DNA of 64,000 nucleotides from a bacterium (lineage in GTDB: Bacteria; UBP15; UBA6099). This document shows, in pieces, positions 18,251-26,990 of this stretch. The stretch is from positions 1,173-65,172 of the forward strand of contig JBAYJY010000004.1 of the NCBI GenBank assembly GCA_041664945.1, written 5' to 3'. The notes under the pieces were generated by a model. That model was not told the origin of the DNA. It worked only from the letters and a program-made list of their open reading frames with translations, and made no database searches. Each line of letters begins with the position of its first letter. Position 1 is the stretch's first letter. The translations under genes were made by a program, and so were the position numbers.

Positions 18251-18811
18251 ATGGAAAAGCGGAATTTTTTCTTTAAGGTTGAGAACGACGCCTTACAACT
18301 CAGAATCCCCGGCAAAATTTATCCGTTGGAAGCCGCCCTCAGCGCGACATATTTTTTCATAGATGATTTTTACATCTTTCTCGCGCCCGACGGCCCCGCC
18401 GGCGTCATCGTCGAACTGAAGCCGAAGAAGAAAATGTCCAAGGCCAGACTCGACGCCGCCGCGGGCGAGTTCTTCAACTCGCTTCTCGCCGAAACCCTGC
18501 GTTTGAACATGAACGAAACGAACAAAAAGTTCAGGGAGAAGTTGCTCGAACAGGCCCTCGCGTCCGCGCTCAGCCCGGCGAAACCCTCCGATCCGGACGG
18601 CCCCCTCGGCCCATCTCCCGCCTGCGACGAAACGCTCGAACTGGAACTCGACGCGGAACTGAAACTCATCATCGAGCGCACGAAAGACGCGAGCTATACA
18701 GACGACCCGCTCGGCATCTGCGTTCCGTTCGGAACCGCCGCGCCCGCAAAAACCGCCGCGAAATCCGCGAAGCCGAAACCCGCCGCAAAGCGGGCTCCGC
18801 GCAGAAAATAA
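18251..18811 (+). CDS. Small accessory protein, HxsD-like N-terminal domain plus a Pro/Ala/Lys-rich tail
   Basis: 186 aa. ...KIYPLEAALSATYFFIDDFYIFL...AAGEFFNSLLAETLRLN... recalls the LLNDYxLRE-type motif of HxsD as I remember it. Paralogous to the next ORF. Confidence 0.5.
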   Translation: MEKRNFFFKVENDALQLRIPGKIYPLEAALSATYFFIDDFYIFLAPDGPAGVIVELKPKKKMSKARLDAAAGEFFNSLLAETLRLNMNETNKKFREKLLEQALASALSPAKPSDPDGPLGPSPACDETLELELDAELKLIIERTKDASYTDDPLGICVPFGTAAPAKTAAKSAKPKPAAKRAPRRK

Positions 18812-18854
18812 ATCGCCGCTATTCCCCCCGGCCACGCGCCGGCAAAGGTTGGCC

Positions 18855-19085
18855 ATGTCGACAAAAAGCGAATCCGGAACGGTTGAATACTCGTTCGACA
18901 AAAAAATTTACAAACCAGCGGCCGTGAAGAAAGCGGTCGAGGACTACTCCGGCGCCGCGCTCTTCGATGTCGCCGAAAATAAATCAGCCGTCCGCGTCTC
19001 GATCTCCGGCATTCCGTCCGCCGGGAACGCCGAACTCACCGGCGAGTTCCGCAATTACGTTCTCTATCTGAACAAGATTCTGTAG
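18855..19085 (+). CDS. Small accessory protein, second HxsD-like paralog (76 aa)
   Basis: ...KKIYKPAAVKKAVEDYSGAALFDV...LTGEFRNYVLYLNKIL aligns with the KIYP...A..A.Y.F... and GEFFN..L blocks of the preceding ORF. I prefer the ATG at 18855 over the TTG at 18849. Confidence 0.5.
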   Translation: MSTKSESGTVEYSFDKKIYKPAAVKKAVEDYSGAALFDVAENKSAVRVSISGIPSAGNAELTGEFRNYVLYLNKIL

Positions 19086-19096
19086 GAGCTTTACGA

Positions 19097-20542
19097 ATGC
19101 CCCGATCTAAAACAAAAATCGAATCCGCACGGCGCGGCTTCTTCAGGTTCCGCGAACTCGGCGACATGGTTGTCGTCACCAACGACGCCGGACAACACAT
19201 CACGCTCGATAAAGCGGACTTCGATCTCCTATCCGCCGGAAATATCGGCGAAAACAACAAGAACTATCTCGACCTCAAGGCGATGGGCTGCATTCACTCC
19301 GGCGACGGCGAACCCTCGCCCGTCACTGTCGAAAAATTCAAGCGCCGCAACATGTTCATCTATCAGGGGCCGCTCCTCTTCATTGTTATCCCCACCCTGC
19401 GCTGCAATATGAAATGCGCCTATTGCCACGCCAGCGCCTGCGGGCCGAAGGCTTACGATTACGATATGAGCATCGAGACCGCGAAACGCGTGGTGGACAC
19501 GATTTTCGAATCTCCGGGCATCAACTTCGGCATCGAATTTCAGGGCGGCGAGCCGATGCTTCACTGGGAAGCCGTGAAATTCACTTCCAACTACGCGATC
19601 GAACGCAACAAGATGCACAAACGGAATCTTCAGTTGACGATCGTCAGCAACCTGAGCCTCATGGACGACGAGAAGCTGGAGTTCCTGATTTCGCGCAAGA
19701 TCGGCGTCTGCACGTCGCTCGACGGCCCCGCTTTCGTTCACAACAAAAACCGCGGCGGCGGCCACGCCAGGCTGATCAAAAACATTAAAAACATCATGCG
19801 CCGCTACAAAGTCGAGTTCGACCGCTACACACCCGGCGCTCTCACTACCATAACCCGCCATTCGCTTCCCTTCCACAAAGAGATTGTCGACTCGTTCGTC
19901 GACCTCGGCATGGAAGGCATCCACCTGCGCCACTACAACCCGATCGGCTCCGCGCAGTCAGCCATCCCGGACATCGGCTACTCCCCCGAGGAGTTCCTCG
20001 ATTTCTACGCTAAGGCGCTCGACTACATTATCGACCTGAACAAACAGGGAACCCTGCTTATCGACCGCACCGCCTGGCTGTTCCTTCTGAAGATTCTCGG
20101 CGAGTTCGACCCGAACTTCATGGACCTTCGCTCCCCCTGCGGCGCCGGGATCGGGCAGATCGCCTTCAACTACGACGGCAGCGTTTACACTTGCGACGAG
20201 GGCCGCATGCTCGCCATGCAGGGCGACGAATCCTTCCTCATGGGCAATGTCCGCGAAAACAACTACGACGAATTAGTCGGCGCCGAGATCGTCAAACAAA
20301 CCTGCCTCGCTTCCATCCTCGACGGAATCCCGCGCTGCTGCGACTGCGCTTATAAGCCCTACTGCGGCGTCTGCCCGCTCCTCAACTATGTCGAGGAAGG
20401 CAGCCTCTTCGCCAAAATTCCGCAAAACAGGCGCCACAAGATCAATCAGGGCGTTCTCGATATTGTCTTCACTAAGCTACAGGACGAGTCCTCAAAAAAA
20501 GTCTTCATCAACTGGCTGGAACGGGGGATCAATGTCGTTTGA
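19097..20542 (+). CDS. Radical SAM / SPASM-domain maturase (HxsB-like), 481 aa
   Basis: AGGAG RBS. About 100-aa N-terminal extension, then CNMKCAYC (CxxxCxxC) and GGEPML. The C-terminal auxiliary-cluster region reads CGAGIGQIAFNYDGSVYTCDEG...CCDCAYKPYCGVCP (CxxCx5Cx2C). Confidence 0.85.
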   Translation: MPRSKTKIESARRGFFRFRELGDMVVVTNDAGQHITLDKADFDLLSAGNIGENNKNYLDLKAMGCIHSGDGEPSPVTVEKFKRRNMFIYQGPLLFIVIPTLRCNMKCAYCHASACGPKAYDYDMSIETAKRVVDTIFESPGINFGIEFQGGEPMLHWEAVKFTSNYAIERNKMHKRNLQLTIVSNLSLMDDEKLEFLISRKIGVCTSLDGPAFVHNKNRGGGHARLIKNIKNIMRRYKVEFDRYTPGALTTITRHSLPFHKEIVDSFVDLGMEGIHLRHYNPIGSAQSAIPDIGYSPEEFLDFYAKALDYIIDLNKQGTLLIDRTAWLFLLKILGEFDPNFMDLRSPCGAGIGQIAFNYDGSVYTCDEGRMLAMQGDESFLMGNVRENNYDELVGAEIVKQTCLASILDGIPRCCDCAYKPYCGVCPLLNYVEEGSLFAKIPQNRRHKINQGVLDIVFTKLQDESSKKVFINWLERGINVV

Positions 20543-21453
20543 GCCTTCTCGACACCCAAGCCAAAATCATAGATGTTAAAATAACATTCCGATGTAACAA
20601 CTACTGCCTGTTCTGCGCCGCCGGCGACAAGCGGATGATTTACGCCGACCTGCCGCCGGACTCTATCCGCGACGCGCTCGCCGCCGCCGCCGGGGAACGC
20701 GACTCCGTTCTTTTCACAGGCGGCGAACCGACAATGCGCGATGACCTCGCCGGTCTCGTCCGCTTCGCCCGCGAATCCTGCGGCTACAAAAACGTCATCA
20801 TTCAAACCAACGGCCGCCGCTTCGCTTACCGCGACTATGCAGTGTCGATCGCCGATGCCGGAGCCCGCCAGTTCATGGTCTCCATCCACGGCCATACCGG
20901 AGCCCTTCACGATTTCCTGACCGGACAAAAAGACAGTTTCGCCGAAACCGTCATCGGCATTAAAAACCTGCTCGCGCTCGGACTGACCGTAGCCACAAAC
21001 ACCGTTATCACTAAATCGAACTATCGAAACCTGCCCGACATCGCGAGAATGCTCTGCTCGCTCGGCGTCGGACAGATGCAGTTTGCTTTTCCGCACATCG
21101 ACGGCAACGCCAAAGCGAACGCCTCTCGCGTCGCGCCGCCCATGACTCTCGCCGTCCCCTATCTGTTCCGCGCGCTCGACATCGCCGCCGCCTCGAAACG
21201 CGTCGCCCTCACCGAGGGATTCCCGCTCTGCATGATCCCCGGCCGCGAGCAAAACGCCGTCGAATCTCTTCACAAAAAAATTAAAGTCATAGACGAAGGC
21301 GGCAGCATCGACGACTTCGACGGCCACCGCGCGACACGGCTCAAAACAAAAGGTCCCGCCTGCCCGCCCTGCCGGCATTTCAAACTCTGCGAAGGCCCCT
21401 GGGCGGACTATCCAGAACTGTTCGGCTGGAAAGAGTTCAAACCGGTAAAATGA
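20539..21453 (+). CDS. Radical SAM enzyme, short paralog 1 (304 aa)
   Basis: CNNYCLFC, FTGGEPTM, SIHGHTGALHD, and a C-terminal CPPCRHFKLC (CxxCx5C). The TTG start overlaps the upstream stop (TTGA). Confidence 0.8.
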   Translation: MSLLDTQAKIIDVKITFRCNNYCLFCAAGDKRMIYADLPPDSIRDALAAAAGERDSVLFTGGEPTMRDDLAGLVRFARESCGYKNVIIQTNGRRFAYRDYAVSIADAGARQFMVSIHGHTGALHDFLTGQKDSFAETVIGIKNLLALGLTVATNTVITKSNYRNLPDIARMLCSLGVGQMQFAFPHIDGNAKANASRVAPPMTLAVPYLFRALDIAAASKRVALTEGFPLCMIPGREQNAVESLHKKIKVIDEGGSIDDFDGHRATRLKTKGPACPPCRHFKLCEGPWADYPELFGWKEFKPVK

Positions 21454-22388
21454 AAAAGTTCGACTTCTACATATCCTACCTATGCGCGAGCAAGTGCGCG
21501 TTCTGCTGCGTACTCGATAAAATAAACTGGTTCAGGGACAACAAAGTCCCGCCTCATATTCCGTTTCAGCAGGTGAAGGACGTTCTTGATGAAAAACACG
21601 CCGACGGTTACGGGCACGTCACGCTCACCGGCGGCGAACCCACCCTGCACCCCCGATTCGCTGAGATTCTCGCTTACGCAAAAAAGCTACGCATGCGCAC
21701 AAGCGTCAATTCCAACATGATGATGTTCGCCGACGAGCGCTTCTGCCGCGCGGCGATGCCGTACGTAGACGAGATTGTCGCCTCCGTCCACGGCCACACC
21801 GCCGAATTGCACAACTCAATCACCGGAACGAAGGACGGTTTCGAGCGGTTCGTCAAAGGCATGGAAAACGTCGTCCGCATGAAACCCGATTTATACCTGA
21901 TCACGGACACGGTGCTGGTTACGCCGAACATCGTCGACATTTCCGGGATCGTGGATTTTCTGCTCTCGATCAAAGGACTGCGGCACATTCTTTTTTCAAA
22001 TGTTAATCTGCCGCCGGACAAACTCGACGGCCGCGAATATCTCGTGCCGACTCTCCCGCAAATCGAAGAGATTCTCCCGGAGATCGTCGAGCGCATAGCT
22101 TTCAAATCGGACAAAATTTTGCGCTTCTACGGCATCCCGTTCTGCGCGCTCAAGGACTATCACGCATATTCGAGCGACCTGTATTTCGAGCCGAAAATGG
22201 TTTGGGAGCGCGTCCGCCGGGAAGACGACATGGTCGACCGCGAGTACGCCGCGCCGAAACCGAACATGGCGAAAAAGAAGACCAAAAAGTGCGCCGGATG
22301 CCTCTACGAAAAAACCTGCGGCGGCTTCTTCAACAGTTACTACACGCTCTTCGGCGACAAACATATTAAGCCGATTCTGAAAAAATAG
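21450..22388 (+). CDS. Radical SAM enzyme, short paralog 2 (312 aa)
   Basis: CASKCAFC, LTGGEPTL, SVHGHTAELHN, and a C-terminal CAGCLYEKTC (CxxCx5C). ATGA overlap with the upstream gene. Confidence 0.8.
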   Translation: MKKFDFYISYLCASKCAFCCVLDKINWFRDNKVPPHIPFQQVKDVLDEKHADGYGHVTLTGGEPTLHPRFAEILAYAKKLRMRTSVNSNMMMFADERFCRAAMPYVDEIVASVHGHTAELHNSITGTKDGFERFVKGMENVVRMKPDLYLITDTVLVTPNIVDISGIVDFLLSIKGLRHILFSNVNLPPDKLDGREYLVPTLPQIEEILPEIVERIAFKSDKILRFYGIPFCALKDYHAYSSDLYFEPKMVWERVRREDDMVDREYAAPKPNMAKKKTKKCAGCLYEKTCGGFFNSYYTLFGDKHIKPILKK

Positions 22389-22409
22389 TCTAATCCGCCC
22401 ATACGAAAA

Positions 22410-24047
22410 ATGGATTGGAGTCAAAACATAGTTATTATGCTCGACGGGAAAACATTACAAAAAGAAACGGCGGCGTCGGAAAAGCATCTCTGGGTCCGAC
22501 TGACAAAGCTGTGCAACAACAACTGCATTTTCTGTCTCGATAAAGAGAGTCAGGACGGAACCTCAATTCCGACTCGCGAGATTTACAAGCAGCTTGAAAA
22601 CGGGCGCGCGGACGGCGCTTCGCGCCTCATCCTTTCCGGCGGCGAAGCCACTCTACACCCGGAATTCTTCAGCATCGTCCGGCGCGGAAAATCGCTCGGT
22701 TTCCGCCGCGTTCAAGTCGTCTCCAACGGCAGAATGTTCGCTTACCCGGACTTTCTCGCGAACGCCGCAGCAGCAGGACTCGACGAAATTACTTTCTCAA
22801 TGCACGGACACACTCCCGAACTGCACGACGCCCAGACACGCGCCCCCGGCAGCTTCAGTCAGGCGCTCGCCGGCCTCACTAACGCGCTCAACTCCGGCCG
22901 CTTCATCGTCAACGTCGATATCGTCATTAACCGCTTCAACTACAATGTCATAGACAAAATTATGGACTATTTTATCGGCCTCGGCGTCCATGAGTTCGAC
23001 CTCCTTCACGTCACTCCTTACGGCGAGGCGTGGAATCATAAGAATAAAGTGTTCTATGATATCGCCGACGGAATAAAATTTCTTAACAAGGCGTTCGCCT
23101 ACTCGCGGCGCGATGATCTCTTTGTCTGGACCAACCGCTTCCCGCCCTCTTACCTCGCCGCGTTTCCCGAACTGATCCAGAACCCTCTGAAGATCAAAGA
23201 CGAGGTTCGCGGACGCATGGATTTGTTCGACGCGTTTCTGAAAGGAGACGCGGAACTGCCCTGCCGCGGCAAACGCTGCGATTTCTGTTTTCTGCGCGGC
23301 TTGTGCGACGATCTCTTCCGGTCGAAAGAAGCCGCCGACTCCGGCTCCACAGCCGCTCTACGCGTTCCGGCGTCCGGCCTGAGCGCCGCGAAACGGTTCA
23401 TCAACAACTCGCTTCGCCTGCTCATAGTTCACGGCTCCTCCGTCGACGATATGAATCTGAGCCCCTCCGCTTTTCCCGCCGGCGCAGCGCTCCGCTTCGA
23501 GCTTGCGGACTATTCAGGTTTCACTTCGTTCAGGAACCGCCTGCCGAACAAAAACGTTACCGCATGCGCGCCCGACGCAAAACAGCTTGAGGCTGTCCTC
23601 TCAGCAACCGGCGTTACGCCTGCGCTCGAACTGAACGCTCGCGGCGCGCCGCTTATCAAAATCGAATTCAACTTCGTTAAAAAACACGGCATCCGGCTAT
23701 ATAACAAAAACAGGGCGTCGCTCGCGGAAAGCGCTGAGAACGACGTCGAGCTTCGCGGGTTCTTCAGGGGCGCGCTCGGGAAAAGTCTGAAAACCGAAAA
23801 CATTCCGGCATGCGTCGCGGACGCCTCGCAGGGCCTCCAGACATGGTTCCTCGATTTTGAAGCGCTCGACCGGCGCGGCGGCATCGACATGCAGAAATTA
23901 GCCGATTCATTCGTCATGAACCGCTATTACATTTTTCCGTTCGAATGCGGCTCGTGCGCGAAAAAGAACCTCTGTCCCGGCATTCACGTGAATTACTGCC
24001 GCGCGTTCGGTTTCAAACCGAAACCATTCGCGGCGGCGAAAAAATAA
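22410..24047 (+). CDS. Radical SAM enzyme, paralog 3 with a ~250-aa C-terminal extension (545 aa)
   Basis: CNNNCIFC, LSGGEATL, SMHGHTPELHD. A mid-protein CRGKRCDFCFLRGLC motif and a terminal CGSCAKKNLC (CxxCx5C). Confidence 0.8.
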   Translation: MDWSQNIVIMLDGKTLQKETAASEKHLWVRLTKLCNNNCIFCLDKESQDGTSIPTREIYKQLENGRADGASRLILSGGEATLHPEFFSIVRRGKSLGFRRVQVVSNGRMFAYPDFLANAAAAGLDEITFSMHGHTPELHDAQTRAPGSFSQALAGLTNALNSGRFIVNVDIVINRFNYNVIDKIMDYFIGLGVHEFDLLHVTPYGEAWNHKNKVFYDIADGIKFLNKAFAYSRRDDLFVWTNRFPPSYLAAFPELIQNPLKIKDEVRGRMDLFDAFLKGDAELPCRGKRCDFCFLRGLCDDLFRSKEAADSGSTAALRVPASGLSAAKRFINNSLRLLIVHGSSVDDMNLSPSAFPAGAALRFELADYSGFTSFRNRLPNKNVTACAPDAKQLEAVLSATGVTPALELNARGAPLIKIEFNFVKKHGIRLYNKNRASLAESAENDVELRGFFRGALGKSLKTENIPACVADASQGLQTWFLDFEALDRRGGIDMQKLADSFVMNRYYIFPFECGSCAKKNLCPGIHVNYCRAFGFKPKPFAAAKK

Positions 24048-24059
24048 AACGGACTGATT

Positions 24060-24992
24060 ATGGCAAACCTCGGATACATGCAGGTCACGCGGCGCTGCAA
24101 CCAGAAGTGCCGGTTCTGCTCCAACCCGGAGCGGGAAGCTGACATGCCGTTGAAAAAAGGGCTCGCCTACATTGACGATTTGAAAGAAAAAAGATTCCTG
24201 TGCGTGCTGTTCACCGGCGGCGAACCGACTCTCTCGGAGAACCTTCCGCGTTTCCTCGCCCACTGCCGCGAGACGGATTTTATGAGCAAGCTTTGCACGA
24301 ACGGCCAGAAACTCGCCGACCCCGATTACCTCAAGTCGCTTATCGACAACGGCCTCACGCACGTCTGCGTCTCGCTGCACTCGCATCTGCCGGAGGTTCA
24401 GGCCGCCCTCACCCAAAACCCGGACTCGGCGGCAAACATCTTCAAGGCGCTCGATAACCTTTCACGACATCCGGATGTCACTCTCGACATCCTGACCACC
24501 ATCAACAAATACAACTCCGGCCACCTGAGCGAAACGACAAAATTCCTGCTCGGCCGCTTTCCCTCTTTCTCGCATGTAACGTGGAACAATCTCGATCCGC
24601 GCATGAACCGCACGGCGGAGAACCCGGACACGATCCCGCGCCTTTCCGATTTCCATCTCGAACTCGCTCTCGCCATGGACCTGCTCGCCGCGAACGGCAA
24701 ACCGTTTCAGGTCGAGCGCGTTCCGCTCTGCTACATGGCCGAACACGCGAGTCGCTCGACGGAAACGCGGCGCATCGTCAAACGCGAGGAGCGCCTGACA
24801 TACTTTCTCGACGAGCGCGGCTGCCTCCGCTGGAAAGACTGGGAACACGACAAAGCGGACTGCTGCGCCATCTGCTCGCTGAACGAAATCTGCGCCGGCC
24901 TCTATCAGATGAACGCTTATTATTTCTCGAATGAACTTTTCCCGGTGTTCGTGCGCAAAGAGCCGATAATTGATAAAATTATCAACGAATAG
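24060..24992 (+). CDS. Radical SAM enzyme, short paralog 4 (310 aa)
   Basis: CNQKCRFC, FTGGEPTL, SLHSHLPEVQ, and a C-terminal CCAICSLNEIC (CxxCx5C). Confidence 0.8.
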   Translation: MANLGYMQVTRRCNQKCRFCSNPEREADMPLKKGLAYIDDLKEKRFLCVLFTGGEPTLSENLPRFLAHCRETDFMSKLCTNGQKLADPDYLKSLIDNGLTHVCVSLHSHLPEVQAALTQNPDSAANIFKALDNLSRHPDVTLDILTTINKYNSGHLSETTKFLLGRFPSFSHVTWNNLDPRMNRTAENPDTIPRLSDFHLELALAMDLLAANGKPFQVERVPLCYMAEHASRSTETRRIVKREERLTYFLDERGCLRWKDWEHDKADCCAICSLNEICAGLYQMNAYYFSNELFPVFVRKEPIIDKIINE

Positions 24993-25043
24993 AAAGGCGT
25001 CAGCATTGCGGCTGCCTCAAACGCGGCGGCTGCGTGAACTTTT

Positions 25044-26990
25044 ATGAAGAAGCGCCTCCTTCTCGTCTCATTCGTCGGCGGTTTCCGATCGGACCGGAAG
25101 CTACACCGCGCCATGGCGCCTTTCACTCTCGTAAATTTCCTGAAAACTGATCCGCAGGTCGCCCTTGATACAGACGCCGAGATCGAAATATTCGACGCCG
25201 CCGATAACGATGAAGTCGTCCTCAGAAACATCCGCCGGCGCAAACCAGACGTCGTCGGTTTCACTTGTTTTTACTGGAGCGTGGAGAAGTGCCTGAACGT
25301 CGCGAGAAAGCTGAAACTCGTGTCGCCGGAAACGATCACGATCGCCGGCGGCCCGCAGATCACGGAACTTTTATTTGCTAAAACGCCATGCCTGGACTTC
25401 GCGGCGCGCGGCGAAGGAGAGATCGTCCTGCGCGAGTTCATGAAGGCCCTCACAACCGGCGGCGATCCGGCAAAGGTTCGCGGCCTTATGTATCGCAAAG
25501 ACGGCAAAGCGTTCACGGACTCCGGGCAGTCATTCGTCGAAAATCTCGATGATCTTCCGCCCCTGTCCGAATGCGTTCCGCTCCGCGAAGCCATTCTTTC
25601 GTCGTTCGAACGCAAGTTTCCTCTCGAAACGTCGCGCGGATGCCCGAACAAATGTTCCTACTGCAACTGGAACATGCACAGCGTCCGTTTCCATTCAATT
25701 ATAAACTTCGAGCGCAACCTCCGCTTCCTCATGGACAGTTTGCCGCCCCGCAACAAAACAATTATTGACTTCACGGACTCCTATCTCGACATTAACATCA
25801 AGCGGCTGAAGGATGTTTTGAAGTTGCTGATTAAATACAGGAAACCTGGCGTCGAGTTCCGCGGCTATTTCCTTTTCAACAATCTGGACGCCGAATCGAT
25901 CGATCTGCTCGACAGGGCGAATTTCCGCCGCCTGTCACTCGGCCTTCAGGCTCTCAATCCGGATGTCAGGCAGACGCTCAACAGGAACTGGTTCGATGAC
26001 GAGTCCCTTGAAAGAGCGATCTCGTTGCAGGATCGCTTTCAAATTATGATTGACCTGCTTCTCGGCGTTCCCGGAGACAATAGCGGGAATTTCAAAGATA
26101 CCATAGCGCGCCTGTGGCGGCGCGGCGCGAACGACATCACGGCAAGCGTTCTGCGCGTGTTGCCCGGAACCCGGCTCTACGATAACAGCGACGCCGGCTT
26201 TGTCTTCGACGCCGACCCGCCTCACATGGTTATTTCCTCGCCGTCATTCTCCTTCGCCGACATCCACGAAAGCGGCCGCTTCGCAATGAACTTCACCGTG
26301 ATCAATAATTTGCTGAAGCGCGCCGATATAGAACTTATCGAAAAAGAGTTCCGCGCCGATTTTTTTGATATCTGCGAAGATATTCATATCGCCATTCCCC
26401 AATGGAACGGCTTCATAACTAAGATCGGCGAAGGCGCTTCCGGCGTCGACGCGAATCCTGACATCATTCTGCTGCTGCCGGAATACCTTGCGCGTTTGTC
26501 GCCCGGCAACCCGGCGGCGCCGCTCATCGAATCTATCGTCAAACTCAGGCGCTCGGAATTCCTGCTCGCCGAATCGCTCGAAAAAACGCTGAACGAGTCT
26601 CCGCGAAACCTGCCTGTCCCGGTTTCCGGTCTCGATTCGGCAAAAGCGCGAGTCCCCCGATTCGAGAAAATCACGCTGCGCCACAATGTCTTCGGCCTAC
26701 CCGGCTCAAAACAATGGGGCGCTCCGTTCGAGGAGCCGAAAACATTTTTTATCGTCAACAATTACGCGACTCATGGATATGAAATACTCGAACCGAAAAT
26801 GCCGGAAGTCGCGGAAATTCTGTTCAAACTGCTCGCGAAACCAGCAACCTCGAAAGCCATCGCGGAATTTGCCGCCGAATCAATAAAAGGCGTGCGGCGC
26901 GAATCGGTCATCAGCTTTATAAAAATGCTTTGCGAAAAATCGGCGCTGGTCTATAGGGAATCGGCGGCGCCTCGGGACAATATTGGATGA
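25044..26990 (+). CDS. Class B (cobalamin-binding domain) radical SAM enzyme 1 (648 aa)
   Basis: N-terminal B12-binding-like Rossmann region (...PDVVGFTCFYWSVEKCLNVARKLK...ITIAGGPQ...ARGEGE), then ETSRGCPNKCSYC. Confidence 0.8.
   Translation: MKKRLLLVSFVGGFRSDRKLHRAMAPFTLVNFLKTDPQVALDTDAEIEIFDAADNDEVVLRNIRRRKPDVVGFTCFYWSVEKCLNVARKLKLVSPETITIAGGPQITELLFAKTPCLDFAARGEGEIVLREFMKALTTGGDPAKVRGLMYRKDGKAFTDSGQSFVENLDDLPPLSECVPLREAILSSFERKFPLETSRGCPNKCSYCNWNMHSVRFHSIINFERNLRFLMDSLPPRNKTIIDFTDSYLDINIKRLKDVLKLLIKYRKPGVEFRGYFLFNNLDAESIDLLDRANFRRLSLGLQALNPDVRQTLNRNWFDDESLERAISLQDRFQIMIDLLLGVPGDNSGNFKDTIARLWRRGANDITASVLRVLPGTRLYDNSDAGFVFDADPPHMVISSPSFSFADIHESGRFAMNFTVINNLLKRADIELIEKEFRADFFDICEDIHIAIPQWNGFITKIGEGASGVDANPDIILLLPEYLARLSPGNPAAPLIESIVKLRRSEFLLAESLEKTLNESPRNLPVPVSGLDSAKARVPRFEKITLRHNVFGLPGSKQWGAPFEEPKTFFIVNNYATHGYEILEPKMPEVAEILFKLLAKPATSKAIAEFAAESIKGVRRESVISFIKMLCEKSALVYRESAAPRDNIG

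Noticed and set aside
20446-21378. 310-aa ORF antisense to the first short rSAM gene
   Set aside because: The sense frame carries CxxxCxxC, GGEPT and other rSAM motifs. The antisense product is Gly/Asp/Ala/Val low-complexity.
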